Shown piece after piece: positions 27,413-41,389 of a DNA stretch of 64,000 bases (position 1 is the first letter of the stretch; each line of letters opens with the position of its first letter). Under the pieces are notes generated by a model. It made no database searches. It was not told the DNA's origin and saw only the letters and a program-made list of their open reading frames with translations. The position numbers and the translations under genes are program-made. Source of the stretch: Lama guanicoe (lineage: Eukaryota); the NCBI GenBank assembly GCA_013239625.1, contig MU054026.1:992001-1056000 (forward strand), read 5' to 3'.

Positions 27413-29706
27413 ATTATGACATTCCCTTTTAAAAACCTCCACTTCTACTTGTGTGTTTTAAGGTTTCTACCCCAAATTCAACAGATAAGACAGAAACACC
27501 TGTACAAACATGTGCAGAGAAACACACATAAAGTTAGAATTGTTTTTCATAATGGTTACCTTTTAAAACAAGCTTTTCAATGTGAAGGCATTAATGCCTG
27601 CAAATGTCAGGACTAATTTTAGATGCCATAGGAAATATACTTTCAGAATGACTGGGGATTAAAGAAGAGTTGTAAATGAATGGGTAACAAATTGCCTGAC
27701 CAGAATAGTTGTTATTTGCTGAAATGGAATTGCTTAAATAAAATTAACAAATTTGTATTCTCCAAATGTGGAATTCTCTCATTAGTAATAATAATGAATT
27801 TGTTTGCAGTAAAAGTATCCAAATCATTTCACTTCTTAGGGCTTCATTCTTCTACTTTGTAAAATGATGGTGGAGAACTAGGTGATCATTAAGTTTCTTT
27901 TCTAGGTGTAATATCTCATTTCTTACCAAAGAACTTACTTAACTGTTGTATACATCCCATTCTCACTTCAGAGTTATGGGGAAAAATTAATTGGTTTAGT
28001 GATAATCCACAAATGCATATGGTATGGATTTCATACTTGATATTCCTTTATTTCTCCCAATAAAGTGTGCGTACTTCCTTAACGTTCAATCACAGATGGT
28101 TTAATGCATCCTTGCAAGCAATGAATTACAGAACCATCAATTCAGATTTAGAGTCATCAGTGCCTGAGCTAGGCTCAATGAAACACTGTAGAGTGGGGTA
28201 ATGGGGATGGGGTTACAGCTCAAGTTTTGTGTTCTGTCTTGGGACTCTGGGCCCGTGGAATCATCACAGAGACTAGAAGGCAGCATGAGAGCCCTGGAGA
28301 TCAGGAAGTAAGAAGACAGAAGGAAAAAAGATGATGAGGAAGAAAAGTAGGCCAACTTCACTTTCTTTGGTGTTTTACCCCAAGATGGTGCTGAGGGGAG
28401 ACATCTACTGGGGACAATAACTCATTTTTTCACCATGCTGGGTTAATAAAAACAAAGACAGGTGCACAGAATTATAAAGGGTCATGGAGAAGAGAAATGA
28501 CACCAGGCTTTTTAGCTTCTGTTGAGGAATAGCAATTTACTGGTGATGTTCACTTTATTTTGAGATTACCAAATTATTCTGAGATGATATATATCATTCT
28601 CTTTCCTATTCGTCCTTCAAAAGGAAAAGAGTTATGATTTGAGTACCTCACAGCTTTTAGAATATTTTGTGATCTTCACAATATCAAAAATCCTAAGAAT
28701 GTTGTTCCCAATGGTAAGGACTCTATGGTTATGCACATAACAGGCATGGAATAGGAGAAGAGACTCAGATTCACTAAACTCACTAATGTTTCATTTTGCA
28801 AACTATCTGTGGGGGAGGACTTTGCTACTGTTGTAGTTTTCTTTTCCCAGGTGTCACAAGTGGATACACAGTCCTACTGTGCCTGTCTCCTATGTAACTC
28901 AAAACACATACAACTTGCCATAAAGAATTCAATCACGTTCAAAACGATCTGAAACCTCTTTAGTGAAACAATTCCATTGGTTATGCACTTGAATATCATG
29001 GCAATATTAAATTGCTACAAAATTTTTGAAACTGTTTCATAGCCTTTCATATACCAATAATACACAGTTCATGGACAGGCACCTGTTCAGGGGACTACTT
29101 TGAGCAGAAATGCTATTGAAAGCTACTGTGATATTTGGATAAGACTTTGCCAAACCCTCTTCAACAACAAGATTCTCTAGGTTAGAAACACAGCTACGTG
29201 AAAGGAGCACGAATAAAGAAAATACTGGAATTTGGGGCAAATCACGGTCTTTCTGTAGTCAGTTTGAGTTGTCAAGTCATTTTGCCAAGGTTTTGTTGTT
29301 TATTTTTGTTATTTTGCTTTTTATTAAATTTAAAATTTGAGAAAAATATTTTAATTGAAATTAAACGGCATTTTGGAAGCAGCATAGTCTAGGTTTGTGC
29401 CTACATTTTACCAAGGATATTAGGTAAATGTAGATAAATAATAGTGAAACATTCAGTAGAGAAAGAAACCAAGTATGTTTCAGGAAGGAAAACATGCGAG
29501 TGCCTTCGGGGAGGGGGTGGGGGGAGATATGGAAGAAGGTAGCAAAGATGTCATGGCAATATAAAAACTTTACCAAATCAAGGATGGTTAATTTCTTCTC
29601 TGAAGTGCAGAAATTCCTGGATGGCACACACAATCTGATTTCTGATTATATATTCCACTATACTCCTAATTGTTTTACCTATTTTAGTTACTTTTTCCTT
29701 TCCAAG

Positions 29707-30241
29707 TGTAATAGAAAAGAACAAAGCTGACTCCATACTAGATGTTTCTTTGGCTTTAACCTTGTGCCCTGTTTTCTAGGCTTAGCCTTGCTGGCTCTGC
29801 ATCTTTTGTAAAACAATGTTGCCTTTAGCCTGAAATATACACAAGATCCTATTCTCCAGGCTCTGACCTCTAAGGATATTAACACTTTTGCACTTCTATA
29901 AAGATAACGAGTTGCAGAATAGAAAATAACATTTGTTTTGTTGGAGGCTTACAGGGACACTGTGACCTGACCCATGTGGACAACTACAAGAACAAAAGAT
30001 TCCAAGAACAAAGAAATCTTACACCAAGAAGTTTGCAACAACCAACCACACTCCCTCCCCTTTTTAGTATAAAAAGAGCCTGAATTCTGACTTGAGTAGG
30101 ATGGTTCTACAAGACATCAGCCTGCCATCCTCTCAGTCTGCCAACTTTCTGAATAAAGTCGCGATTCCTTGCCCCAACACCTCGCCTCCTGATTTATTGG
30201 CCTGTCATGCGGCGAGCAGAACAAGTTTGGACTCGGTAACA
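29707..30241 (+). mobile_element. ERV1 solo LTR
   Basis: TGTAATAG...CTCGGTAACA with perfect TSD CAAG/CAAG. TATAAAA at ~30068 and AATAAA at ~30152. Confidence 0.9.
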
Positions 30242-31602
30242 CAAGCAGATTAAAAGCTTACCAAAGGCTGGTTTCATGAAATAACATCCTTTTTCTACAA
30301 CTCCATAGAACTTATATTGATTTCTGCTGTATGGAGGAGAGTGTTTCTGGGGCATAGCCCTTTCCACTTCTCAGCCCTATTGCAAATATTCTTGCAGAAG
30401 TTTACTTTCAATAGCATTTTTAGTTAGAAAAAATGTAGACTGGAGCCCTGCTGATTTTTAAAAATGACTTCTAGAAGCTCTCCTCCTCCTTTTCCTCCTT
30501 CTTTTCTTCTAGTGTTTTTATGAAGTCCAAAACCTCTTTTCTTCATCTTGCTTTGTTTTCCTATAGATCATGTTACTTTTTTAAACTTCTAGCATCTTCT
30601 TTCTTGAAGGCCTCAGAATTTGAAAACTCATGGTTTCACTTAGAAGCCCTAAAGCCCATGATTAAGCACTGCACAGTTTGCTTCATCTATTATTTACAAG
30701 CAACAAAGATAAGCATCAGAAAAAAGCTTCATGTTATTGAAACTGACATGTACAACTTTCCCCCACTAGGAAAGAAGGAACTTGCCAGAACTCTTGCACA
30801 CCCTACCTTGCTGAGCAACTTCCAGCAACAACTCACTCAAGCCAGATGAGTTCTGAGATTATACATCACAACACTCAACCCAGAATGATGAGGAGGATGC
30901 TAATATGACAGAAACCAGCTCAGATAGTAAATGTTAAAAATCTTCCTTCATCCCAAACAAATCCATGGTACACTGGAAGACGAGAACAGCAAAATTCAAA
31001 CAAACAAAATTTTAAAAAGCAAGAAAGGGCCAAGCTGCATATTGGACTTCAACTGATTTCCATTAGAGGGCCGTTCCTTTAGGATACATACCCCTAATGC
31101 ATAACTATAGACACACACAACAATCAATGAGAAATGACAAAGGAAGTAGAATCAATAAATATTAGAAGGGCTAGCAAGAGGGAAGAAAAAATAAAATTAT
31201 AGTAAGATTACTGGATTTGGCTGAAATGAGAGGTATAGGAATTGTTTGACAGCCATAATTTTACTAATTGAAACTGCTTCATCCACCTGAAAAAGCTATG
31301 TCTTGGCCTCAGTTGATTTTATGAGCAGACAGTTAGTAGAACGTTGTGACTTAGGACTTGACTGACCTAAAAAGTTCCCTCACAAAAATTCCACAATCTG
31401 GGGTTACGCCGTAAGAGACTGACTCTGTCGTATTAAAGTATTGTGTTCTCACTGGTCTTCTTACAAAATGCAAGTACTCCTGGGAAACTAACGTGTCATG
31501 TCATTGTCCCTGTAATATTAGTTATATAGCATTGATCATTTAGCAAGTACTTAATATTAGTTTTGCCAGATAAAATTCAGGACACCATGCAGTATTTTTG
31601 AT

Positions 31603-32427
31603 TGAAGATTAAATATACAAATGGGCAATGGTCAGATCGTATATGAAAATAGAACTCTGACCTACAACCTTCAGCAACCTGTCAAGAAAACTAAACCCTT
31701 ATCTGCAATAACCAGGAAGCCAGCCTGCTGTAAGTCAGAGTTGTGGAAAGTCAGACTGCTAACTCCCAGGACAATCCAGGAAGCCAAACAATGGCTTTCT
31801 TTTTTAATTTTAATTTTTTTATTCAACTATAGTTGATTCACAATGTTGTGTTAGTTTCAGGTGTACAGCCAAGTTATTCAGTTATACATACATATTATTT
31901 TTCAGATTCCTTTCCACTGTAGGTTATTATAAGATACTGAATATAGTTTCCTGTGCTGTACAATAAGTCCTTATTGTTTATTCATATTTTATACATAGTA
32001 GTGTGTATCTGTCAATCCCAAATTCCAAATTTATCCCTCTCTGCCCTTTCTTTCCCCTTTGGTAACCATAAATTTCAAACAATAATGTTCTTAACAGTCA
32101 GCCTAAATTAGCCAGGACTTGATTAGTAGCTGATCGAGTTTCCCTAATTTTTGTCTCTGCTTATAATTTAGAACCAAACAGAGGAAGCAAAATGCATACC
32201 CCTAATCAATCACACAGGGTGCCCATTTCTAGTTAGTACACCTGCAGTTTCCTCTTGCCAACAGCCTCCATCAGGGTGAATCTGAAATCTTCCCTTTCTT
32301 TTACTATAAAGCCTTCTCATTTCTCCACCTGCCTTCAAGCTTCTGCCAAATTGCAAGTGACAATGGCTGACTCCCTTGCTGTGAATAAGTAACTTTTGCT
32401 CATGTTGATCTTCATTTCCACAGGTCA
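31603..32427 (+). mobile_element. ERV1 LTR (MER31/MER67-like) nested in the MITE
   Basis: AATAGAACTCTGACCTACAACC..., CCCTAATCAATCAC, TATAAA at ~32305. Ends approximate. Confidence 0.65.
31802..32075 (-). mobile_element. LINE-1 3' end nested in LTR
   Basis: T-rich tail plus L1 3'UTR. Degenerate TSD CAAACAAT...TTCTT at 31785-31801 and 32076-32092. Confidence 0.85.
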
Positions 32428-32873
32428 TGCTTATACTAAAATATTATTTTTTATCTGAAATTCAAATGTTCACTGGGTACCCCATGCTTTTATTTGTTAA
32501 TTCTGGCAACCCTTACTTACTATATACCAAGAACAGCTGTGAGAGTTTAATACATACTGCCTTTGACTCACAATATTCTAAAGGAGATATGCTCATTCCC
32601 AAATGGGGCAACTGTGGTTTAGAGACATTTAGCAATATGCTCGAGTGTTACAGAATGAGGGATTAAAAACTACATCTGTCAGATGGCAAAGCCAGTGTCC
32701 TTTACCGCTAGACTAGCTTTCAAATTTAAGCCTGTTCTTTCTACAATGAAATTTGTACAAAACTCCTAGGAGGAAAAGGAGAACTGAATGCTGCACGATG
32801 AGCAAGAGAAGTGGCAGAGATTGGCATTTAAGGATTCTAAGATGATGGATATGCTAGGTGAAGAAAGAAAGAA

Positions 32874-33364
32874 AACCCATATTTTTTCTCTTTATATCCT
32901 GGCCACCCAAAATTAGAGTCAAAAAAGAAGGAGAAGAAGAAAATGAGAGGAAGTGAGTGATATCAATGACAATGTTCCAATAAATGCTCTGATGAAAACC
33001 TTATTAAAATTTCAAATGACAAGCATCATAATTATGTCAGGCAGATCAGGGAAACTCACACATACTTATCTTTCTCTCTTACTTCTTGCTCACCTTAAAC
33101 TTGTAAAAAAGTACAGACTTCAGTTAGCGTTGCAGCAGCTTCTCATCCATAAAGTCTAAACTAAATAAAACACTAGGTTCCTTTGGGGAAAACATGCAGG
33201 TTTAAAATTATAGAATAATAGAATCTGGTTTTCTGATTTCCCTTCTGTAAAGAGAGAAAAAAATGTTTCTTACTCCTGATGGTTAGCTTCTTTTATTTAA
33301 CAGTGAAAATATATAACCCATATTTTTTCTCTTTATATCCTGGCCACCCAAAATTAGAGTCAAA
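32874..33364 (+). repeat. exact 50-bp dispersed direct repeat (32874-32923 and 33315-33364)
   Basis: AACCCATATTTTTTCTCTTTATATCCTGGCCACCCAAAATTAGAGTCAAA occurs twice, 441 bp apart. Confidence 0.95.
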
Positions 33365-35349
33365 TTTGAGACTAATCTGAATTCTAAACACTTGTTACAG
33401 ATTAAATACCCTAAGCTTCCTTTAAGATCTTACCTTCTCTTTTTATTTCTATATATACCATTCAATAATAGCATCACACCCATGGAATATGTACATTATT
33501 TAGATTGTGTCATATTTACTTCCCTTTACATACATATGCTTCTGTGGTTGTTCAGGAAAACAATCTCCTTATTTCTATTAATTCAGCCTAAGATTTCTCA
33601 AGCTCTGAAGCAACTGATTTACACCATTAGGTCATGTTACGTCTCCTCGCTCAACCCTCCAGAGTTTTGCCACAAAGCTCTTGTCACCCAGGTCTTGTAT
33701 ATATCCTGCTTCCTGTTCATACAACGAATTATTTTAAGTGTAAAGTTAAGACCACATTTACTCCTACTAAATTTCATTTCTGTGGTGTTTCCCCATTGTT
33801 TCAGGCTACTTCCAGCCAATTGAAGAGTTAAAAAAGGATTTATTTGCTGGGGGCTAATATGCAAGTAAATTGTCTATTAATGACAGTTCCCTCGAGGGGA
33901 GACTATTCCTTCAGGATTTTTGCCAGATTCACCTTCTGCTGTGATGCACGTCTGACTGTCATTTGTTAATTTTATTTGCCTTCATTGATCAATTCATACA
34001 TATCACCCACAACTTAACTTAGTTTCCATCTGGTGGAAAGGGTACAGAGACATTATCAAACTGTCTAGAAATGAAATTGCCTTCAATCTCATATTATGAA
34101 TGTTTGTCATCCTCTAACAGAAGTGTATAAATTACCTAATCAGGAAGAGGTTGAAATAGAAGATATAGATACAAATTACTGATATAAAAGTTTTGATTTT
34201 CCCTCAGGCAATCCTTTTATTGAATTTAACTCTATACTAGAACATAAACTTATGTATACTATAGAAGGTAGGGTGACTAGGAGTCATGTAGATTATGTTC
34301 CTCAGATGTTTATCAAACACACAAGCAGAGGTGGGACTTTAAGAGGAAGCTCATTTACTTCATCTTCCTACCTCAAGTTGAGATACAGTTTTAGTCCCTC
34401 ACTTTAAGAAGCTCCATAAAGAAAGTTCTCAGTCCTGATAGCTTCCATTATGGCAAAATTAATTTCCACCAAATCACTTAGCAGCTTCATTAATAAGTAA
34501 GTCAATGCACATATAATGAGTGTATGGTGACTGTCCAGTATTGGCTTTAAGGCTATGATATATGAGAGACAGTATAAATGTGTGACACTATTTTTAATGA
34601 AATAAACCAATAACAGATGTATGTCAAATGAAGGGCAATTAAAGCATTCATGGTATAGTGCTGGGTAGGATCCATATTCCTTCTAGCCTAAAGTAAAGTT
34701 TCCAAAAGACATACACCAGAATAACATGATTTCTGTCAGATGTTAAACTTGTATTTTAATATTTAGGAGGTAGAAAATGTTAATATTTATGACATCCATT
34801 CACTAGAGTGAATATTTGTGAAGTTGCTTTTTGAATACTCACTGCACTTTCTCCCTTTTGTAGGTGAAGAACATCAGATTCCACATATGGTAATTACCTC
34901 ATTATTCATTTTCGTGTTTGGAAGGAGACTGACCCAACCTCCCAATCCAAATGTAAGCACTTGACTCAGGCCTAAACAATTAGTGAATTATATGCCTTCT
35001 TAAAACAATCATGATGGACATAGGACCCCATTATTCAGGTCAATGAGAATCAGGTGTAAGATTTATTCAAAAGAAAAGATCTCTTTCCTGTTTGTGCAGC
35101 CCCTGAGTTGCACTGTTGGCATTCATCAGAAATAGCTATTTGAAAATAAAGTCATCCAAAAGAAAATGTGGTCAAGAAATTAAAAAGGCTAGGTTCTGAT
35201 GACTTCAGTTGAACTGTAAGAAAATTTGTGGGCAATTTCTTCTAATGTTATCCTAAGGAACAGAAAACTGAGACCCAGAGGAATTCAGCAGCTCTATCAG
35301 GTTACCATTAATGTCAAACCCAGTGGTATTTGTATTATTATACATTTTT

Positions 35350-37010
35350 GGGATAAATTAAATTCAACATATTGACTTAGCACCTGCTATAGAGTAAATA
35401 TCATTCTAAGCATTAGTGGTATAATGGGGAATAATGTTAAGTCTCTTTCATCAACTAGCTATAGACTAGCGGGCAAGGCTATTGGGTAACCAGGCAATTC
35501 ACAGTGTGATAAGTACTACAGTAGGGGTAAGCACAGGGCAATGGGACTCCAAAGAGAAACACTATACTTGAATTGTGGAGGACAACGAGAGAGTGGCAAC
35601 ATATTAGACTAAAAACATCATCCATCAAGACTTCTTATATTAATGAGTACATGACTAAATCCGTGAACTTTAAAATCTGCCATCTCAGCCTTTCAAAAAT
35701 CCCCAGGTGCTTATAAATCTCTCCTATGAACTTCTCCTATGTCCCTGCTAATAAGATACCAAAAGGAAGCAATTAAATATTAACATCAAGATAATGATTT
35801 GGAGATCACAAAATATAATTTTATAAAATTATTTGATGCTCTGACCAAGATCTCTGGAAACTTGGTGCACAGAACTCAGACACAGAGTTACAAAGGAAAA
35901 GATCTGAAGTAGGTCTATATACCTATATCATATATCATAGATATTATAGATATAATTTACATATATTTGTATATAAATTGCCAAGGCTCCAGATTCAAAG
36001 TACAGCCATGTTCATTTATCATTTTACTGGCCTCAGTGACATTGGAATAAAGCAAGCAAGCTCAAGGGTTCCCAATTTAGAAAGTTACTGAGACCTATTT
36101 CTATAGAATGTTGACATGCATACAACTGAGATTTGGATATCAGAAAATTGTTGAGTTTTATAAAATGACTGCATAGACAGTAATGAAACAGGATCTCTCA
36201 GCTCAAGAGAATTCTTAGAACGCAGATTAAGTTTTCCAGAGGAACTGATGTGTAAGACAGCATCTGAAAGACAATTACATTACTTTGACAAAGAAAAAGT
36301 ATACAAATATCCCTGGAGGAGATTATACGTTACTTGCATCAGAGGTAGAAAGACTGGAATGAGTTCAGAAATAATAAATAGATAGACTCTAACTGGTAAT
36401 TAAAACACTGTCATACATTTAAGAGACACTTGATAAATATGTGATTATTAATTTTATGGGAGGATGGAGAGGTAGTCAAGGATAATACAAGGGGTTTTGA
36501 TAGGGCATTTTAGCAGACACTGCAGCCATTTATTGCCACAAAAACATAAGTATGCTTGTGAAAAAAAATGTTAAATTCAATCTTGAACACCTTGAATTTG
36601 CAAGATGTGTAGAAGATCAAAATTGAGAAACTGGATATATAAGATTGCAATGCAGTTTTTTTAAAAAAAAGAAGGCTTGATGTTTATATGGATTTAATAG
36701 TAATTAGCATATGGAAGACAATTGGAACAATAGAAAAGAAGAATATTGCCTGATCAGGCATCATCTGTAGAGAAAAACAAAACAAGATGATGATGATACT
36801 CTGTGTGGCAGTAAACATTAAAATTTTAAAAAAGGAAAGAGATTACAGAGTCTAGAGAGTACTTAACCATTTCAAATGGTGCAAAGAGGTCAACTAAGAC
36901 ACTAAATAAAGACAGTCCATCAAATTAGACAACAAATAGACTATTGGTGAGCTTGACTAGGGCAATTTCAACATGGTACTGGGAAAAGAGGGCAGAATGC
37001 AGGGAGAATG
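35350..37010 (-). mobile_element. fragmented LINE-2 remnants
   Basis: ATTCAACATATTGACTTAGCACCTGCTAT (reversed L2 3' end) and later L2-like purine-rich stretches. Discontinuous. Confidence 0.45.
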
Positions 37011-37189
37011 AGTAAGAACTAAGGAGATAACGACCACGGTTCCTTTTCTAATGAGCTAATTCGCTTTCATAATTTTACAAGTGGCTAAGCCAACATCCTT
37101 TGAGAATCTTCAACAATGACTCCTTGATTTCATGCTACGGGGTGACTGTCAAATGTAGCCTGCATTCTTCTTCTTTTTTTTTTACATTT

Positions 37190-37372
37190 GTTTTCTTGCT
37201 GTGCAACAAATTAGCACAAGTTTAACATCTTAAAGAAAATAATCAGCCCATAGTTCTGTTGGTCAAATATCTGGGATTACTCTCCAGGGTTCTCTGCTTA
37301 GGATCTCATAAGGGCAAAATAAAGAGGTCAACCAAGCTCGACTCTCACCTAGAGATTCAGGGGGAAGAGCCC
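37190..37372 (-). mobile_element. MaLR MLT1 LTR remnant
   Basis: TTGCTGTGCAACAAATTAGCACAAG...CATAGTTCTGTTGGTCA...GGATCTCATAAGGGC. Confidence 0.65.
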
Positions 37373-37374
37373 CT

Positions 37375-39180
37375 TTTTCAAGTACACATGAAGCAATTAC
37401 ATACACAAGTTTCATCAAATTCCAAAGAATAAAAATCACTGAGTACATTGTCTCACAATAGTGGAATTAATTTAGAAATCATTTAAAACAAAAAGACACG
37501 TAGGAAATCTTTTTGTATATTTAATTTTTTAAAAATACTCATGTAAAAAATCAATGCATCAAAGAAGAAATCAATGTGGAATCTAGAAAATGCCTTGAAA
37601 TAAATTATGAAGAAAATGCTATATTTTAAAATTCAGAGGGTACAGCTACAGTTGTGCTCACAAGGAAATTCAAAGCTTTTTTTAATGCATATATGAGAAA
37701 TAAAGGAAGTCTAAAAACTGGTAAGCTAAATATCAATCAGTAAGAAATAAGCAAAATAATAGAAAATTAAACCCAAAGATGTAGTAGGAAGGAAATAACA
37801 AACATAACACCAGAAAGAAAGCTATTAAAAACAAAGCCCCCAAAAAATAAGATATGAAAAAAGGCTCATAAAATTGGAATAATTCTTGGACATACTGAGC
37901 ACGCTGAAAGAGGGAGAGAGAGCAGAAAATAAACAAGATCAGGAAGGAAAAAGATGGCATAATTCCATTAGACACTAAAACGTTATAAACAAAGAGGATA
38001 ACATTTATATTAAAAGGAAAAATTCTCAGAAAAAGTAATTAAAACTGTCACACAAAGAAAGAAATCAAAACAGCCTTATAAGAGAAAACGAATATGCAAC
38101 TAAGAAACTTTATCAAAAGAAATAGCTTTTCACCACAAATAATCTTACACAAATTCTTCTAGCTTGGTAGGATATCAACTTTGATAATAAAACCTAGCAA
38201 GGGAGTTATAAGAGGAAAAAATATTGTAGACTGATATAAGAAATTTTCACATCCTGAGGTATGGGAAAGTCATTGGGGATAATACGTGATTAGGCCTAAA
38301 CTTTATGCTAATGAGAACAGGCTGTTTTATGGCCTGTCCGATGTGCATTGCACATCTGTTTTAACCATTAAAGAAAAGAATGCATTTAAAAATCAAAATA
38401 AGGTGACTGCGGTTCAGGAATTTAAAATGGAGCCAGGTGGCCATGGTGAATGGTGCTTCAGACATGTCTCTGCATTACTGAGAACTTTAATTTTTTTAAC
38501 TGAGTCAAATTCAAGAATGCCATCAGCTGTTCTCAAAATAATGTCTGTTAGCAGCTTCCAGCTACAGCCTTATGGTCGCAAGGTCACCGCTTATAACTAT
38601 GTAATCATCTTGGACCCCAACCAATCCTTTCTTAACATGCACCCTTACTTCCTGCCAGCTCCAATTCTAATTCTTGAAAAATTACTTTTGTAATTTTATG
38701 GTTTTATATATAATTTGATTGCTTCTTGAATCTCTGTCATCCAGGCTATAGTCCTCCATTTGACTCAAAAAAAAAAAAAACCTCTCTTCTAATTATAGAT
38801 TGATTTATTGACATTTTCACCAACAAATCCAATCTCACATACACAGATGCCAAAATGCTAAATAAAATATTAGCAAACCAAATCCGTCAATCTATAAAAG
38901 GCAATATATTACAAGCATTAGTTTATTCTAGAAATTCACAGTAAAATATTCAAAATCAAAAAAATGTCATTTACCTCACGAATGGAACAGAATAAAAAGA
39001 AAAATACACAGTAATCTTAGTAGATGCAGAAAAAAACATAATGTATTATTTATCTATGTTAACACTATTTAGCAAGCCAGAAATAAAAAGGGAATTTATT
39101 CCCTCTTATAAGAGGTAATAACAAAAAAAATCCAGAACAGACATCATACTTAAATTTAAATGTTGAAACTTTTCCTTTGA
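37375..39180 (+). mobile_element. old LINE-1 (L1M) ORF2 remnant interrupted by an LTR
   Basis: A-rich sequence with recognisable ORF2 motifs, e.g. GATGCCAAAATGCTAAATAAAATATTAGCAAACCAAATCC and GTAGATGCAGAAAAA. Confidence 0.8.
38232..38825 (+). mobile_element. ERV1-type solo LTR nested in L1
   Basis: TTTAAAATGGAGCC and CCAGGCTATAGTCCTC motifs (the latter shared with the LTR at 10316). Ends CACCAACA, where L1 ORF2 resumes. Confidence 0.65.
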
Positions 39181-39841
39181 GTTGAGTTTGAGTTTTCTTT
39201 TGAGTTTGAAAAAAATACCATGAATAGCTAGCTATGAGTATTTTTCTGCATTCAGTCAGACTCCATAGTAAGTCATTTTCTCTCAATTGAAAGATACTTT
39301 TCTGCCTTAACTAAGTTTTAAGATGTTTCTTGATACATCTCCACCTCTGTCCCAATGATTAAGCCTGCTGGTTCACATATCGGCCTCCACACATGGAGGG
39401 CAAGGAGAAACTGAAGAAAAAGTTGGTAGGTGGCAGGACGAACAAGCAAGAGAACTTACACATGAGGCTTGTCGCGGGTGCTTCTGGCTCATCAGAATCT
39501 TAAGAGTTTATAGAGAGGCCTTAACGGGGTTCAGTCGTGTATACTATCCAGATGGTCTCAACTGTCAAGTCTGTGTCCTTGAAAGTGGCTCCCATTGTGG
39601 GAATGGTGGACAAAGTGTACATTCCAAGGACAGAGGAGGGGGTAGGTGTGTGTGTATATATATATATGTATATGGTAAAAGTAAATGTAATAGGTAAAGT
39701 AAATGAGTATTAGAATTTCATTTAACAAAGTGATGTATTTCCCGGTGGTCAGTCAGCAAGATAACTAAACGTGCTATCAGACTGGCTATCTGATTTATGA
39801 ACCTAATTTTTAATGAATTTAATATGAATTGTCATAGACAC

Positions 39842-40045
39842 TGTGATGTACCACCAAGGAAGGTCCCCATGTAATAAAGGACTTATTGCCCCGCTGCTGG
39901 AAGTGTTGTCACTGAATTGCCTTCATTGTCAGCCTCTTTGGGAATTGTCCCTCTCCAAAATGCCCAGTGCAAGCTCTGTCCCAGGGTGGCCCCCATCCAA
40001 TGTCTGATCAATGTTGAAACATAAAGGCCTGGTCATCTCCATCCA
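39842..40045 (+). mobile_element. ERVL LTR remnant (LTR16-like)
   Basis: GGACTTATTGCCCCGCTGCTGGAAGTG...ATAAAGGCCTGGTCATCT. Confidence 0.55.
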
Positions 40046-40689
40046 TGTCTTTTTCAATATGAGTCAAGTTAGGTATATATACATATATATGTCAGCACAT
40101 ACATGTTTTTCTGTGCTCACAGGCTTAAGGAGTCTCCATTTGAACCAGGCATTTAAAAAATGAAACAATAATGTAATAGCATTTTTTATATACTTACTCT
40201 TGAGCAAATTTCTGCTTGCTTGTGTCTGTATTCTTTCCTTACAACAGCCTTGTGACATAGAAGTTATTATGTCACCTTTTTTTTTTAATAAATGAAAAAC
40301 CAGATGACATATACACTGAAGTCTTAGTCCAGGGTTATAAAGACAGAAAGTGACTGACCCAGAATTCAAAAAGGCAAATAGGTTGTGTAGCTACAAGAAT
40401 GCTCCCAATTATTAGGCTAAACTGCTTATCATTTACAGAGAGCACTTTGTTTGTAAAATAGTAATAAAATGTTTCCAAGGTACAGTTTTTCAGGTGGATA
40501 TTAGATTACTCAACTTTAGGAGCTAGTTTGGAAAACCTTGATAATTAAACTATTTTGGTGTTTGGACTTTATGTAATTTTAAGAAAAAAAATCTTACCCT
40601 CTCGTAATTATGAAATCAGGTAACAGGAAACCAGAAGAAATAACTCGACTTAGCGTCTGTGTTTGCCAGTGCATCTAAACATATTTTAG

Positions 40690-40880
40690 TCAGACTACTG
40701 ACCACTTACCAGCTTTAAGAACTTAGGCAAGTCATAACTCATTTTATTCTCAGTTCTCCCATGGGCAAAAGTGGACTAATAATTTTTTCAGGCTAACTGT
40801 GAGGATTAACTGAGATGATGTAGGTTAAGTGTTTATCCCAGTGTGTGGCAGATAGTAAGCCCCCAGTTCAGTTACTGATA
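40690..40880 (+). mobile_element. MIR SINE
   Basis: CCACTTACCAGCT...TTAGGCAAGTCA...CTCAGTTCTCCCAT...TGTGAGGATTAACTGAGAT. Confidence 0.75.
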
Positions 40881-41036
40881 ATTATTAATGTTTATGTGAC
40901 TGAGCAGGACCCCATGGGGCCTTCCCATGACAGAACCTTCCCCCATGTCTTCCGCCTGCTTCTTGTTTGTGGAGAAGCTGGAGTCTCCCAGGTCTCCCCG
41001 GAGGCACAAAAGCCTGGCTCAAGAATTAATGATTGA

Positions 41037-41389
41037 CTAATAATAAAAAAAAAAGACAAATGAACTTAAATATAAAACAGAAACCGATTCACAGGCATAG
41101 AATACAGACTTGTGGCTGCCACGGGGGAAGGGGGTGGGAAGGGATAAATTGGGAGTTCGAGATGTGCAGATACTGACAGGTGTATATAAAACACATAAAC
41201 AAGTTTATGCTGTATAGCACAGGGAAATGTATTCAAGATCTTGTAGTAGCACACAGTGAAAAAGAATATGAAAATGAATATATGTATATTCATGTATGAC
41301 TGAAGAATTGTGCTGCACACCAGAAATTGACACAACATTGTAAACTGATTATACCTCAATTAAAAAAAAATAAACTGTCAAAAGAAAAA
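41037..41389 (+). mobile_element. LINE-1 3' end
   Basis: 3'UTR plus A-rich tail. Perfect 16-bp TSD AAGAATTAATGATTGA (41021-41036, 41390-41405). Confidence 0.95.

Larger units (their letters stand above)
31558..32515. mobile_element. MER53-like hAT MITE split by nested insertions
   Basis: Inverted termini TTGCCAGA... / ...TCTGGCAACCCT, with TATCTGAAATTCAAAT in the right half. Confidence 0.65.

Noticed and set aside
33392..33823. 143-aa hydrophobic ORF
   Set aside because: It starts at TTG in T-rich sequence and has no recognisable domain, so it is probably chance.
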